The translations under genes were made by a program, and so were the position numbers. A DNA stretch of 64,000 nucleotides from Trichoplax adhaerens (Eukaryota; Animalia; Placozoa). Under the pieces are notes generated by a model, which saw only the letters and a list, made by a program, of their open reading frames with translations, was not told where the DNA came from and made no database searches. The DNA lies in assembly GCF_000150275.1 (NCBI RefSeq), contig NW_002060946.1, positions 1,388,202-1,452,201 of the forward strand. Direction: 5' to 3'. This document shows, piece after piece, positions 25,401 to 39,500 of this stretch; position 1 is the first letter of the stretch; every line of letters starts with the position of its first letter.

Positions 25401-28400
25401 TTTGCATTGACAAGTTCCAGTTAATCGATTACAAGGCTCATTCGTAGTACCTCTTGCATCGCAATCACATCCTATAATTGTAGAAACGCAATGCTCATAA
25501 GACAGAATTATTCTTTTATAAACTGTCTCGACGACAGTCATTGAAGCCAATATTATCATTGTAAAAGCGTTTTTATCAATCATAAGTTAATGGAACCGAT
25601 ATCTAAACTGATTTTATTGCAATTCTAGAAGTTAGTAGCTTGAGTAGTCAAATTAAGTAGAGCAAAACAATCATTTTTGAGACCTGTCATATACCGTATA
25701 TGTTATGTTTCTGAATGTCATTGCCATCAAATTAAAAATGATTGGCTATTAGTGAAGATTGTGCTATAATAATACGATTGCTTCTATCTGCTTAAGATGA
25801 TAAGTGTGATAATTGCACGAGCTTAAATTTTATTTCTCTTAATGATAGATTTAGGATATATGGTATGGTACTGTAGTTTATGTAAAAGTTCGGATCGAAA
25901 TCGATGCAATCTTAGTAGCAATATGACGTACATGGCTTGTGTTCTAAGGCATTCATTTATACCGAACAGTTATATTTATGAAAAGGTAGCATGAAAACAT
26001 TGGAAAATATCTTGATATCAAAGCCTGAACTAGTCGTGCGATATCGATATTTAGAGATTAAATTTACCCAGCGGTAGACACAGAATTATGTATTAAACTC
26101 ATTATAATAAAATCTATAATTTCCGTTTGCGTCATTACTCTTCGATCAATAAGGAATATTAACCCAAATTTGATAATAAACTCTTACATTTGCGGTAATG
26201 TATGAAAATTGGAATTAATTGCTAGTAATATGTTTTATCGAATCGTTGAGCATCATGAAAGGGCTGAAAAACTACATTTAGATCAAAAAATGATGACGTA
26301 CGTTCTGTAGCGAGTTATTTCACTTAGGCAGATTAAGAAATTATAAAATAATTTAGTATAGTTCTCGATATTCTTACTTGCGCAAACATCAGGACTGTCC
26401 AATGATTTATTTGCTTGTTGAAAGTAATTAGGCTGGCATTGATTGCATTGATCGCCTCGTGTATTATCTTGGCAATTAGTGCAAAAGCTGCCTGATGCAT
26501 TATTGGTACGCTCATAAACTGTAGATGAGAAACTGCAGGTAGATGTGTGATTGTTACACTTGCAACCTAGAAAAGTAGATAGTATTTATCCATCAGTAAT
26601 ACATGTTACGTAAAATATGCGGCTTCATATATAATTTAAAGATGTTTCTATAACTAATACCGACATTTATCGATACTATTAAAACTCTAATTACAATAAA
26701 TTAATTTCTATAAAATTTCGATATCGATTAGAGTATACCTGAACAGCCTTTATTTTCTTGATAGCCAGCAATCCATGGCTGATCATTATATTCTGGTAAG
26801 CAAACATTACATTGTGTGCCAGAAGTAAAGTGCTGGCAACTGCATTTGCCATGAATCTGATAATCGATGAGAAAACAGTTTATGTTAAAATTATTGAAGT
26901 AGGGAAATGAATTATCGTATTAGCCTTTAAGCTGTTATGTTCCTTAATACTAACTAATAAATGAATATAATCTACAAAAGTATAAATATAGTCATACTAT
27001 TTACCATGTCGCGAATGTTTAGCTTTGCTGGTGGAGTGTTTGGCATTGGGATACAACTCGATGCATGACCATAACACAAACAGCTACCATAAACAACTAA
27101 GCTAGAAATAGCATAGTAATATTTTTCGTTATTATCAGGATAGCGCGGCCCGATTGCTTCTCCTAGTGTTTGTAATTTGCTAAATTCAAAACGAATATTG
27201 GTAACGGTAATCCAATCTAAAACACGAGGATCCGAGCGGCCATAATCGTTAGTTGTTCCAGGAGGCATTGCAATAAATACGACCTAAATGAATAGTTGTA
27301 ACCAGTATTATTATGCTGAAATCAAATTATCTAGTACATAGCTAAGCTATTCGTAAATTAAATTTGTAATAATCTTGTCAAGTGAAATTTTCATTCATAC
27401 ATATGTCATTTCTGTATCATTTATTACAGGAAGATTGATCGGAATTACCTGGCCACCTGATGCTGGTTTCGGTTGTGAATATCTTCTGGTACATATAACA
27501 TCAGAAAAAAAAGTTCTTTGGTTTATACTTTCTCGTATATTAGGAAAGGCTGTTGCACAGTTTTCGGCAAAATATTGGTAAGGCCTCCAATTCTTACCAC
27601 CATCTTTAGATCTGGATACTATCATAGCGGCAGGGCGAAATGTTAAAAATGTCATTATTAAGTGAGTAATTTGAAATTCTGCCTCAAAGTCCAACGTTAG
27701 TGTTACTCTTTCAACGGCATTCTCTGATTGCCACCATGTTCGATTGGTATCAGATGTAGCAACGATATTGCTGACAAGATGAGACTCGGTCTCATTTCTA
27801 CCAGGTCTAGAATCACAAGTAAAACATTTCTTCTCCGAATCTAAATCACTTACTCTACAATAGCGTTGCGGTCCATTTAAACCGCAGGTCGATGTAGCCG
27901 TTAATTGATCGCCACGGCCTAATAATAATTCTCCACTTGGTGGATAACACGTCTTACCAAGACAATCTTGGCACTGGACGGTGGTTAGCTTAACTGAAAT
28001 AAGGTTAACGTAATTTAAAAAATTGCAAGAATGAATATGTCTCATTTAACCTATACTCATGTCATCAAGCGAATGATATGGTAGCCAAAGTCAATTTGCG
28101 TTGGCCTAATGAAAATTCGTCATTGTCTGAGATTCAGATATTTCATTCTCCTTAAATATAACAGTGTTTTTAACAGGTTGTTCGCTATCAGTTTTTACTA
28201 TCCAGGATAGTAAATAGAGTATGTCGTCTTAATTAATGTTAGTGACTTTTAATCGCCTGCATTGGAATACCTGGTTTTATTAAATGATATACCGTCACTT
28301 TAAACTAACTAAGATATTATCTATTATAGAGCGTTGAATTGAGTATAATGCTAATACTTATTTTACACTTCGAAATTTTGTAGAAATAAGTCAACAAAAT

Positions 28401-29058
28401 GCATGCATTAGAAGTACTTGATCAGTAGCCTATTTCGATGTGATTATTACTCAAACTGGCATTAGTTTCTCATTAGTTCTCACGTTCTGCCTTCTTGACT
28501 TGAATAACATATTTTTGCAAGGATAAACTAAAATTTGTCATATCAAGGACTAACTATTTCGTACAAATATTATAATCGAATAATATCAAATATAGAAACT
28601 ATAGAATCTTTTTTCCAGCCAAACATTAGTAATAAAAAAAGACTTTGAATTGATCGCTAAAATTGTATTCATCATTGCTTCGATAGTCAAGTATTGGTTG
28701 TAAATTGATCTATTAGAATGAATCTCGTATGTATTCGTGATGTAAATTAATAATCAGCTCTAGGTTTAGTCTACTAAATTGATTTATAACATATTCTTTA
28801 GTCACGATTGAACAATACTTTTAATTAAAGAAACGATTTCCATTTTTCAAGGAAAAATATGTTTATGGTCATTGTATTGCATAAAGTAATGAAACAAGAT
28901 TTGCTACTAGTTTTGTACAAATCTATGCAACAGATGCCATAAATATCGGTGATTAATTTAATACTGTGCACAAGTACAAAATGGTTTATTAAAGATTTAA
29001 CTAAAACTTTACCTAAGGCTGTAATGGCCCAAGCGAGAAGTAAATATCTCAGCTTCAT
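19409..29058 (-). CDS. LAMB1: Laminin subunit beta (full length, ~20+ exons)
   Basis: Signal exon 29058-29013 ([15 protein letters not shown]) splices in phase to 27993. LN domain: [60 protein letters not shown]-like LE repeats lie at ~24.8-27.1 kb and ~21.7-23.7 kb, with an LF domain at ~23.8-24.8 kb. The coiled coil contains the beta-specific Cys knob [21 protein letters not shown]. The last exon ends [17 protein letters not shown] (stop 19409-19411). The symbol denotes the beta family, not 1:1 orthology. Confidence 0.93.
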
Positions 29059-31995
29059 GCTTTGTTCTTCAACTATTTCTTCAATCACATGAAACTGATT
29101 CCTACGGAAAAACTCCTAGCCACTATTCGTTCTCTTTACTCAGCTTTAACTTTATTAAATATCACAATGAATTCAATCTTCAAATCAAGTTATCGCATGT
29201 TTAGCATGGCAAACCGATCCAGCAAACAGTCAATCTACTGTTCCGCCTCTAATGCCGAGGTATAGAGGCTACAATTGACCTTCAATCCTCTATGTGCATA
29301 CCATAAGCATTTCTTTTTATTATAAAAATATTGATTTACATTAGAATGGACCTATACCGTACTCTTTATACTTATTTGCCATGCAAATGATTTTAATAAT
29401 TATAATTAGCAACACAGTCAAGTAATACAAGAGGTCGTACTTGCTCGAAATTGCTCCAAACTTATGCCCCTTTATATTGGGTAATTTTATGTTATTTACA
29501 AGCATTACTTGTTCTTCTCGTATTATTTTGTTTCAAGTTTTTGAACTTTTTCTTGTGAATTTTATAATTATTTTTTGCCTTAAGCATACTAGAATACCTA
29601 ATTCTTGTAACTAGATTTGTGTTATGTATAAATTCCTAGTAGTACATAACTTGAAACCGATTTATGACAGACATGTTGGTAAAGGTTTTGATAAGCAAAT
29701 ATGCAATATGACATGTAATATTAATCATCTTTCCTTCATTTTTCTTATTTGAATTGAATTCTTGAAAGTGTAGAAAAATTTTGGCACCTTCTGACAAAAA
29801 TCAGCTAGATTCTCGCTCTTAAATTAGAGTGAAGATCACATTTGCTTTTCTATAATGACCTATTTCGTAAATGTAACAAGCATTCTAATTTAATTCACTT
29901 ATCTATGAAATAATTCTTACTAGTCCTAATTTAATAAAAGATACTGTAAATAAACTATATAAGAATCATGTGATCGTTGCCTCATGCTGCTAAGGCTGTT
30001 GGCTATGCAGAGTAATTTCATTATATATAAATTACAACCACAAAGATACAACCGGAATTGCTTATCGACCTAGGCATCAGCATACAAAAGATTCTTTTTA
30101 TAAATTGCTTTTGTGAATATTTTGGTGATTTGCAGCAGATTTTTGAGGTGGCTTAAAACCGCCGTTCATCAAGATCTATATATAGCTATCATTTGAAATT
30201 ACTGAATAGAAGAATGAAATGCATGTAGTTTTCTAAAATTTCTCTACTGTAAATGATAACACAGTGGCACAATATACTATAGACAATTTGACGTGATTTG
30301 CGTAAAAGTTACATTAGAATTAATAGTAGTTATTCTGGTATCATTTAGTCGGTTTTAGTGTGTAATATACTGAGAATTATGAGTCTAGGCTATCGTGTAA
30401 GAACGTGATTAATTTTAGAAGTTACATTTCCGAGACTGGAATTTAACATAGCGTGGCCTAACATGACTATTTTTCCCGGTAAAAAGCTTACACAATCTCG
30501 TTTTAGCTGCGTACAAATTCCCATTGAACGAATAATTGAACAATTATTTGCTTTAAAATTGTAACTACCAGCAACATTTTAATTAGTATACGAGTATAGT
30601 AATAGCCCTTGATTTAAGTGCTGGTTCATATACAGGCGATTAAAGTGTTTCCGGATCCCGAGCATTACGCGTACTCATTGTGACGCATTAATGATATTAG
30701 CCGCTGGGTAAAGTAATTTCGTTCCTAAATTCCCTTGTAACTGGCAAAGACTTCTCATTTCATTTCTAATGCAAACTAAAGTAACTGCAATATTTCTCTT
30801 ACAAGGATAAAAGTATATCCCATTTACGATTTGGATATCTATGGACTCTCGAGAACAGTAATTATAATTAATTAAAGGAGACGGTTTATGAAACCAAAGA
30901 CGTATTCAAACACGTAATCAAGATGGACTTCGAACTTCGGTATACAGTGCAGACCACGGTATGGCTGAAGGGGCCACAACCGCATGATAGAACAGTATGC
31001 ACATAAGATTGTCGATCCTATAATGAGAGTCTGTATATAATGTTCTTTATATTATTCAAACTATGTTGAAGATGTTTATGATATCAAGACATTAGAGCCA
31101 TGCCGTCCCTGCTCTCCTACAGGCTGCACGCTGTGATTACCTATTAAAAATTTAAACTTCGCGTAAAAGGTTATGCAGTATTCTAGGTTGATGAGAACTC
31201 TATCGGCTCTTTGTAGTTCATTAAATTAAAATTAATTGAACATTAGAGAGTCAGAGACAGTACATTGTTGATTGCAATTTATGAAAGAAGAAAAGATAAT
31301 TATAATCGAATCTTATTTGCAGTTCATAAGTGAGAATGCTAGTGCTAACTGCAAGGAACTTGTTTAGCAGACTGCAATATGCAGACCGTAAGAAGGTTAT
31401 TGGAGAATTATCCGCAAACAAAAATAATCTCTCAAGAGACTTTGATAAACCGGCAATATCCTCAAATCCCAAAAGCTTCTACTGTACTCTCCAACTGAAA
31501 ATTGCTGTCGTTACTGGTTCATTAATAACTGCATGCAATATACAGTAAGACGCTAACTGAATAGGCTGTTCTATTTCCTTGAAAATCAGATAATGGCTTC
31601 GCATCGGAGCTTGGCTTTTTCCCCAATCTTTTTTAGTTACTGTAGTAGCAAAGATCCTATTTGTGTTATATTAAAGCGAACTATTTTTATGGTCATTCTA
31701 GAACAGTAAAGACTTGCGCGTGCCTACGTCGCCTTGCGAGTATTGCTCATCTTTCATTTTAATGCAAAAAAAATTCTTGTTAATTATCCACTTTGATTCG
31801 ATATTAGTCCAAAGTAGATTTTCACACCAACATTATGATCTATTATATGAACTATCAAATGCAAATTCGAAATTTTAGCTAAATAATCTCAACTGGATGG
31901 CCTTAATTTTAACAATGCCGATTCCAAAGCTTCTACGCATGTTCGAAATTATTCCTTTGTTCATATAAAGTAAAATAGCCCACAATTGGTGGTAC

Positions 31996-32068
31996 GCCCT
32001 TGTAGCCTAATGGATAAGGCATCGGCCTCCTAAGCCGGGGATTGCGGGTTCGAGTCCCGTCAAGGGTA
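31996..32068 (+). tRNA. tRNA-Arg (anticodon CCT)
   Basis: 73-nt cloverleaf GCCCTTG..CAAGGGT-A. D arm GCCTAATGGATAAGGC; anticodon arm TCGGC-CTCCTAA-GCCGG; T arm GCGGG-TTCGAGT-CCCGT. No intron. Confidence 0.96.
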
Positions 32069-32083
32069 GATGTGGAAGAGATA

Positions 32084-32090
32084 TTTTTTT
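32084..32090 (+). terminator. RNA polymerase III terminator (T7) of the tRNA gene
   Basis: Run of seven T starting 16 nt after the tRNA 3' end. Confidence 0.65.
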
Positions 32091-33556
32091 CCTTATTACT
32101 AGTTTTCTGCTCATTAGCCAGAGATCGGGCAGTAAGAACGAAAGCAAGGTCATTTTTTCTTACCTTTACAAACTAGCCTTCTACAAGGCGTATAGTTGAT
32201 TTGTATAATAAATAAAGTGGCGTAAATGATATTTCGCGGCATAGCCCATGCTTTAATCACAGAATATAAAATTTTAAATACTGTTCGGGTTTCTACGAGT
32301 ATTTCAAGACAAATTCGACTCTGATATAGAATTAGCGTTCTATAATTTTTGTGGAACGGAAGCGATTGCTAAGTTAAATTTAATAGGCTAATAACAGCGG
32401 TACCTCTACTCTTGTGACATCAATGAAGATCTCTCATTTAATAAAACATAGGAAAGATAATAAATTTAAACAACGTATTCACACGTCGACTAACATTCCT
32501 CGTACTGTATCACCAAGCTCCTAATAATAGATTAAAAATTATTATAAGATTTTAGGTATATTAAAGAAGCCATACCGCAGTACAATCTATATCTAGCCGA
32601 ACATAGTGTGGCTGCCATGCTATTTCATTAATGTATCTTCTCATTAATTAATTACTAACTGGAATATTATCAACCGCTGTTAACTTTGATCATGGACCGG
32701 TAGCATCATTTCTGAGGAGTCACTACATACTTTACGTAGTCTAAACATACTAGGATAAGCCAGGTGTATAGAATTTAACAACTAAAGCCGTTTCGAGTTC
32801 GGAGGGTAAAGTTTCCTAAGAAGAATGTACTGTGTAACTGAATTCGTATATTTGAAACACGTACCATAGTTTTTGAATTAACAGGTTCATAAGTTGTTCA
32901 TTTTATTCTAATTGATAGTGGAATATAAATGTAGCTGTGTACAGTCATACAATGGTACGATTTAGTGATATTTCATTGGAATTAATCAACATAATGTAGC
33001 AATAGTTAACGAACTTAATAAAACGCCTATCAACAACGGCATTAAATAGACTGAGATCGTCTTTATTATGATCTGATGATTCATAAATCAAAGAGAAAGT
33101 ATTAGATACTGGCTGAAGCATTTATTCATAAATTGCCTCACGGAGGCATTCTTTTACAATTTGGTATCATGTTTTATTACTTTAGGCAGTAAAATGTTAA
33201 TAAATACGTAAGACTAAAAGTTATTCAACTTTAAATGTTTCGAAAACTAATATAAAATATCTATGTTTGCATAGGCGTTTTGAAAAAGAATACTTTAGGA
33301 GTCATACAGATCGGCTAAGTCCATCAGTATTGCAATGATGACATCGAATCGAGATAGTGGTGCTTTATCAATTAAAATTATAATCTATAGGCATTATTTT
33401 ACCTAACTGCAAATTTGGCAAATATTACAATTTTAATATTACTGCAGTTCTGATTATAAATGTACTATATCAGGCAATGAATTATACGAATACACTAATG
33501 CTAGCTTCCATATAGCGTAAACTAAGTACCAGTAGATGGCTGCAGCATTAAAATCA

Positions 33557-36500
33557 TTAATCGTCTTCATCGTTATCATCTTCACTACTGCTCTCAATGT
33601 AAGAGTTATAATCAAAGCTTCCAGTCATAATTTCAAGTAAAACGGAATGTTTACCGGACTCATTCGGCTCTCCAGGATTTAAAAAGTTTTGCCTATTTTC
33701 AGTATTTGTAACGATCAATGGCTTTATTAATTTCTCCTTGATGTATATTTCTGCGGGTGGAATACGTGGCTTGAAATATCTTGCGGCATGAATTTCAACT
33801 GGGTTAATTTGATGGAGATAATCACTTGATAAACTAGCTAATGGCTCGTTGCATATTTTATGATGCAATACAAAGAATAGTGGTAAGTAAGCGGCATAGT
33901 TGATAAAGGAAATCTGTAACAATGTTGAAAAGCAGCAATGTTATATTACTAAATCTTATCGTTTTATGGCTAGGTTTGTAAATATAAGATACTATCAGAT
34001 GTGCATTAAGTTTAAGACGGTATATTACGCTGGTAACCTATTACTATCATAACAATATAATGATAATCTTAAAATGTAGTAAAATAAATTACGACACGCT
34101 ATTATCATAAACGAACCAAGTTTTCTTCATTCGGTAGCATTGAATTGATAATGTAATTCTCTTGCGCTTTAGATAATCCTCCAGCTTTCAGTTCAATTCG
34201 CAAGGTATCAGCAGGAATGTAGTATCCGTTGTCATCGTTATTGCAATAAAACATTCTCTGTTGTGATAAAATGTTAATTTAAGTGTTAATTCAACAGCAG
34301 TTATCATTATACGAACTAATTTATGTAACTGTGTCTGTGAACAATAGATTCAGGTATTACTTTAAATTGCATAAGTTTAGCCTCCAACGGAACAAGGTTC
34401 AGCAATTTCAGTATATTTTGAAGTTCAGGTCTAGATTGTAAAAATAATTCGTTAGGACTTTATTTGAAAACAAATGTGACAGATTTATTCCTGCTGAAGG
34501 CTATATAGGATTTCTTATCACTACGGAATAGTAGATAGTATAGAGCTCTTTCAATATCAGATTGCATACTCCATAGCGGTAACTCTTTCTACCAGTGCAG
34601 CACAAACACAAAATAGTTTGAAATCTATTTCGGACAACCTTTCCATTTCCAATACCTGTTAAAGAATGATAAGAAATCATTACAGTATAACTTTCTCTGT
34701 AAATTTCTTAATGAAAATAGATTTATTGAAAAGAGGTGATTGCATAAAATTTTTATCATCATTTTTTGATAGCAATCTTCAATAAGTAATACAGTTTGTA
34801 TAAGAACATTTCATGGCCTACCTTCAAGACGTAAGTTAATTGTGAGTGAGTTACTGAAGATAAAGTTGGTATCATTTTTAGGGCAGAGCCGATAGTCTTA
34901 AATACAATAATTATTACGTTAGATTCTGTCACATCATTAACCATGATATATCACCATTCTAAATACTATAGCTATTCAATTTATTATATTTACGTTATGG
35001 TAAGATCATTATGTAGCTTACTTCAGCGGCGATATAACCGTCTTCATCTCTATCATGCAATGCAAATGCAGCTGCGTATACATGAATATTCTTTTTGTTG
35101 ACCAAATGGAAGTAATTGAGAATATCAATTGAAGGATCTAGTGGATAATTAGTGAAACGATTAAACGAGTTAATAGATATTAGAACATTTCACAGCAGAA
35201 TGCCGATAATTATATAAACTATGGCGACTCGAATTAAAATAGCATCTCAATATTAGTATAAAGTAATTACTTTATTTTCAATTTACCTAAATTTTTAGCA
35301 AAGAGATGCTGTTCAGCCTTAGCTTCCCTATAAGTATTAATGATAATAGATTAAATATTAGCTATCAAGACGAAATTATGTGCAAGAATTTGATTAAAAA
35401 GTACTGAAGCAGTAATACATGATAAAAATAAAATTTTTACTTTATATGTAGTAGATAATATAGTTAGATTGCTCTACAGTTATTTCCTGATAACTAATCA
35501 GTAGTGTTGGTACATTGGCCGTTAAAAATTACTTAATAATGCTTTTGCTTCGGGCTTTGATATAGGCTAAATGCTTTTGTTTACGTTCACGAATCTTTGC
35601 ATTACGTCTTTCTGCCGCACTCCCTGTTTTTCTGTTGCTTTTGCGAAGTTTAACCTTTTCCGTAAACGTTTCTATGATAGTAATTACATTTTAAGCATCT
35701 ATTTATAATTTCATTCCCTTCACTTCAATTCATAACCCTTGAAAGAAATATATATTTAGAATTATAATTCTGGCTTTCAAACCTCTTGAGATTGCTTCTT
35801 CCGTAGCTGGCGATCCTTCTCTACTAGCAGAACCTATATCGGCAACCTCCTGCGATGGCATCATCGCATCCCTTTCAACAAAGTTATCGACTATTTCTTC
35901 CACAGCGGATAATATCTCTTCACCATCAAATGAGACTGAACTTTCTTTCCTTGTTGCACTATCTACTACCCTAACATAGCTAGATTCACTACTATTACCA
36001 CCTTCGCTAGCTAGTTCGGCCAAGGATAAAACGCTACTCTGACTAAGTGATGACTCGGTATATTTTCTGTAATTGGATACCTTTATGTCAGATTCAGACT
36101 AATTAGAAAAAGGAATTATTTTTAGATGATTTAAAACATTGAATTGCCATCGATTTTATTTAATAAGTGATCTTTCTATGATGATTACCTTCTGCTGTCG
36201 TATGACTGGACTTTCTTTCTTTACTATCGACGTTCTGAAGGAATCTTCGCTGGCCGTACGCTTTTGCATGTCTCTCTTTTTTTCCGTAGACCTATTTATT
36301 AAAGACAAATAAGATGTAGCTATAACACTTCCCATGGATGATTTGTATAATTGATCCACAAATTTATCATAAATGGATGGATATCAAATTTATACATAGC
36401 ACTGATTTTGGACTCAGATATTAATTTATTTTATTTTATAACAGCACAGCACTATAACATGATGATATATTCACTTTACCTTTCAGAAATTGATTTTATA

Positions 36501-39500
36501 GCATCCGTTTCCATATTTTTACTTTGTTCAGTATACAATGCTTCGTATTGCTTTAAAATATCCTTTACAAGATGTAGAGCATGCAGAATCAAATACTTAA
36601 CACTTTAGTTCATGTCAATAAACTTGATTTAATTATTATATTAAGAATATCGACATTATTACTGTCACAAAACCGGTCAAAATCTTACTTGGATCTCATC
36701 AACATCGACGTGATTTTCATCCTCATCATTGGTTTGTGATTCTGCTGAGTCGGCTACAATAACCCAGTAATCCAGACTTAGCCTTTTCTCGACTGATTCA
36801 CTTGCTACACTAGGCTGTCTTGGCCGTATAGATGATAGACGGCGATCTCTTACTTTATTTAAATCGATTGAATCTTTATGTTGTTCTCTGATGATAATAG
36901 ATGATTCTTTACTTTCGTCTGGGCTACCATCTATAAATTTTTGACCGATTACCTCTAATTCTTCCTTTAATGTCACACTGTCTTGTGATAAAAATAATTC
37001 GCTGAGATTAAAATCAGAATTATTTAAACTGCTTTTGCTGTCACTTAGCTTGCTATCAACTCGACTAGTAGCACGCTGTGTGGGCACTTTTTCGCCCATT
37101 TCAGTCGTATTTACTTGATAATCTGGACCATCCTCATGACTGATATAACTGCTTTCAACTTCCACCTCTAACGATTGTTCGTATAACTGGTGTGATTTAA
37201 TAGCCTCTAAAATAGATATTTTATTGGCTGAAATACTTTCACTATGGCCTTCTGAAACATTATGATCCGTCTTATCATGGCCTAGTGGATGTTTCGCTAA
37301 AGCAAGACTAATATCGTGCAATGGGTCAGATATTTCTTCTTGAAAATGATGTGTTGATATGGTGCTTTCCAATTCATCTTCTTGCTTATTATTCTCGTTT
37401 TGTAGCTGACTTATTCTCCTTTCAGGTATCGCTTGTAGATTAGGAAACGATCTTGATATTGTATTACGACCTAATAATAGATTTTAATACCAAAATCATT
37501 TCAAAATGTCAATTCTTGATCAAGCATGAAATAGAAATTATCGACGAATGTAAAAAATAAAGGCCACCAAACGCAGATGTAAATTGTATTAACCTGAATA
37601 TAAGGCAATTAACTAGTAATCAGCGAAATCATGCATTCCTATTGATAGCAAAGGTTTGCCAGAAATTACCCCTAGAAAACTTACGTCGATAATTGATCCT
37701 ATCATTGATCGGCTTTTGAAAAGGCTTTGGTATAACTTTTTTTTCTGGAATAAAATCGCTAACTAAATCGCCATTATAAGCTTTATTCAACCACATACGA
37801 TTACCACTCGATGATTCGACCAGTGGAATATCGCTTAGGCTAACTGTTGGTACACTGGCTTGAGTTGGCAATTCAGTATTTTGATCCTCGCCTTCATCAG
37901 CAACTGGCGATTTCTCTTTCTGTTCCTCTTCCGATTCCTTATCTGGCTCGACAGATAGCCATAATCGGTAAAAATACCGTCTTCTTCTTTTAATGCTATC
38001 ACAATTCCCTCTCTCTGGCCGCCTACCACGATTCTTCTTGACGGCAACTGGAGCAGCAGCTAAGCCTACACTGCCTTCTAGTATACCAGCTTTGCGTGAA
38101 ATAAATTTGCTTTCCTGAATGATATCCTGTGGTATAGAAACATCAGAATCGAAAGATTCCACGCTGGATAAATCAGAATCCACATAATCACATTCAGATG
38201 AACTATCTTTTGTTTTACGCTCGTTCATAATGTGCTTTTTATACTTTCTATTTAATAGGATTCTCTCTTTAGCTGCTTGAAGTTTACGTCGACGACGTTC
38301 TTCTGCAGTAATTTTATGATTGATATGGATCAAGTCGGACCATTTTTTCATATGACCTTCTTTACCGGTCAAAATATATTCCACGTCGCAAAGTTTGGCT
38401 ATAATTTCCCATTCTTTATCTTTGTATGGATCGACTTGATTTAGATGGGTTGGTGAATATATATTGCGAGGCTCTACTGTATCACTTTTTTCCAGCAATA
38501 ATTCATCATAATACGATCTTGGTGGGCCAGACCATAAGTCATGGTTGTTTAGGAAGTAAGGAGAAATGTTACCATCATCAGCAATGTCCATTTCAAAATC
38601 AGTAGGGATCGAATCGGATAACAGGCTACCAATACTAGCCCTTTTAACTCCTTGTGGTTCTACAGTTTCCGATGTTATCCTCTGACCAGATGATCGAATA
38701 GGCATTATTTCAGAAGCTAGTGCAAGTAGAGAATGATTTTTAATTTACCTACTATTGAAATCTGATTGCAATCCCTATATTGCAAATAGAGCAGTAATTG
38801 CGATAGCTTTTAAATTGCAAAGGATAAAATTGATGATATGAGTATTTATAATTTACGGTTCAATTTTACTATGACTGTGACATCGGTACTGGGCAACTGT
38901 GCAACGGTGCAACTATGTATGAGCAAAGTATAATATGCTGCTTTGGATTAATTGTCACGAGTATAAATTATCTTTTAGATCTTGTTAAAATATTTTTTTA
39001 TATTTATTTCATTTAATTAAAAAGAACCGAATTCTTATGCAGTTATTTACTCTTTAATCAATCAATGAAATATGATATATATTATACCCTTGATTACAAA
39101 ACGACTATCACAATAGAGATGATCAGTTATTGGACATCCAGAAAGGCATTACACCTGTGCATTGCTATAAATCGACCCTAATCACTAATTATATCGTAAT
39201 TATTTATTTGTCTTGGTTAACAAGCAGAGTGGGTTGCTTAAGTTACGATCTCACCTGATTTCAGTTGGCTTAATCTTTTGCTCTTGACGCTTTCTGTTTC
39301 AGTATCCGTACCATATAAATAGGCATTAAGTTCTGGATCGCTACTACTGCTGTTAAAAATTTCTTGCATCATTTCTCTTCTCTTACGATATCTTTCAAAT
39401 CTCCTCTTCTTGCTTTTCCAGCCTTTTTTGGTTTCATCCAGACTATTATTATGATTGTTAGTAGCTTCTTTTTGGATGTAACTTTGGACCTCATCTCTTG

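Noticed and set aside
30080-30165. Sm-site-like AGATTTTTGAG followed by stem-loop GGTGG-CTTAAAA-CCGCC (possible snRNA/SL RNA)
   Set aside because: No recognisable U1/U2/U4/U5/U7 core sequence upstream, and the motif is short enough to arise by chance. An Infernal/Rfam scan would settle it.
30870-31550. Fragments reading like DGLRTSVYSADHGM (PIGN-like) and a kinase-like CKELV/SRL stretch
   Set aside because: Both need frameshifts and they point to unrelated families. There is no coherent exon chain, so they are treated as chance.
33134-33155. Hairpin TGCCTC-ACG-GAGGCA followed by T-rich tract, resembling a bacterial intrinsic terminator
   Set aside because: The context is eukaryotic and the stem is only 6 bp.
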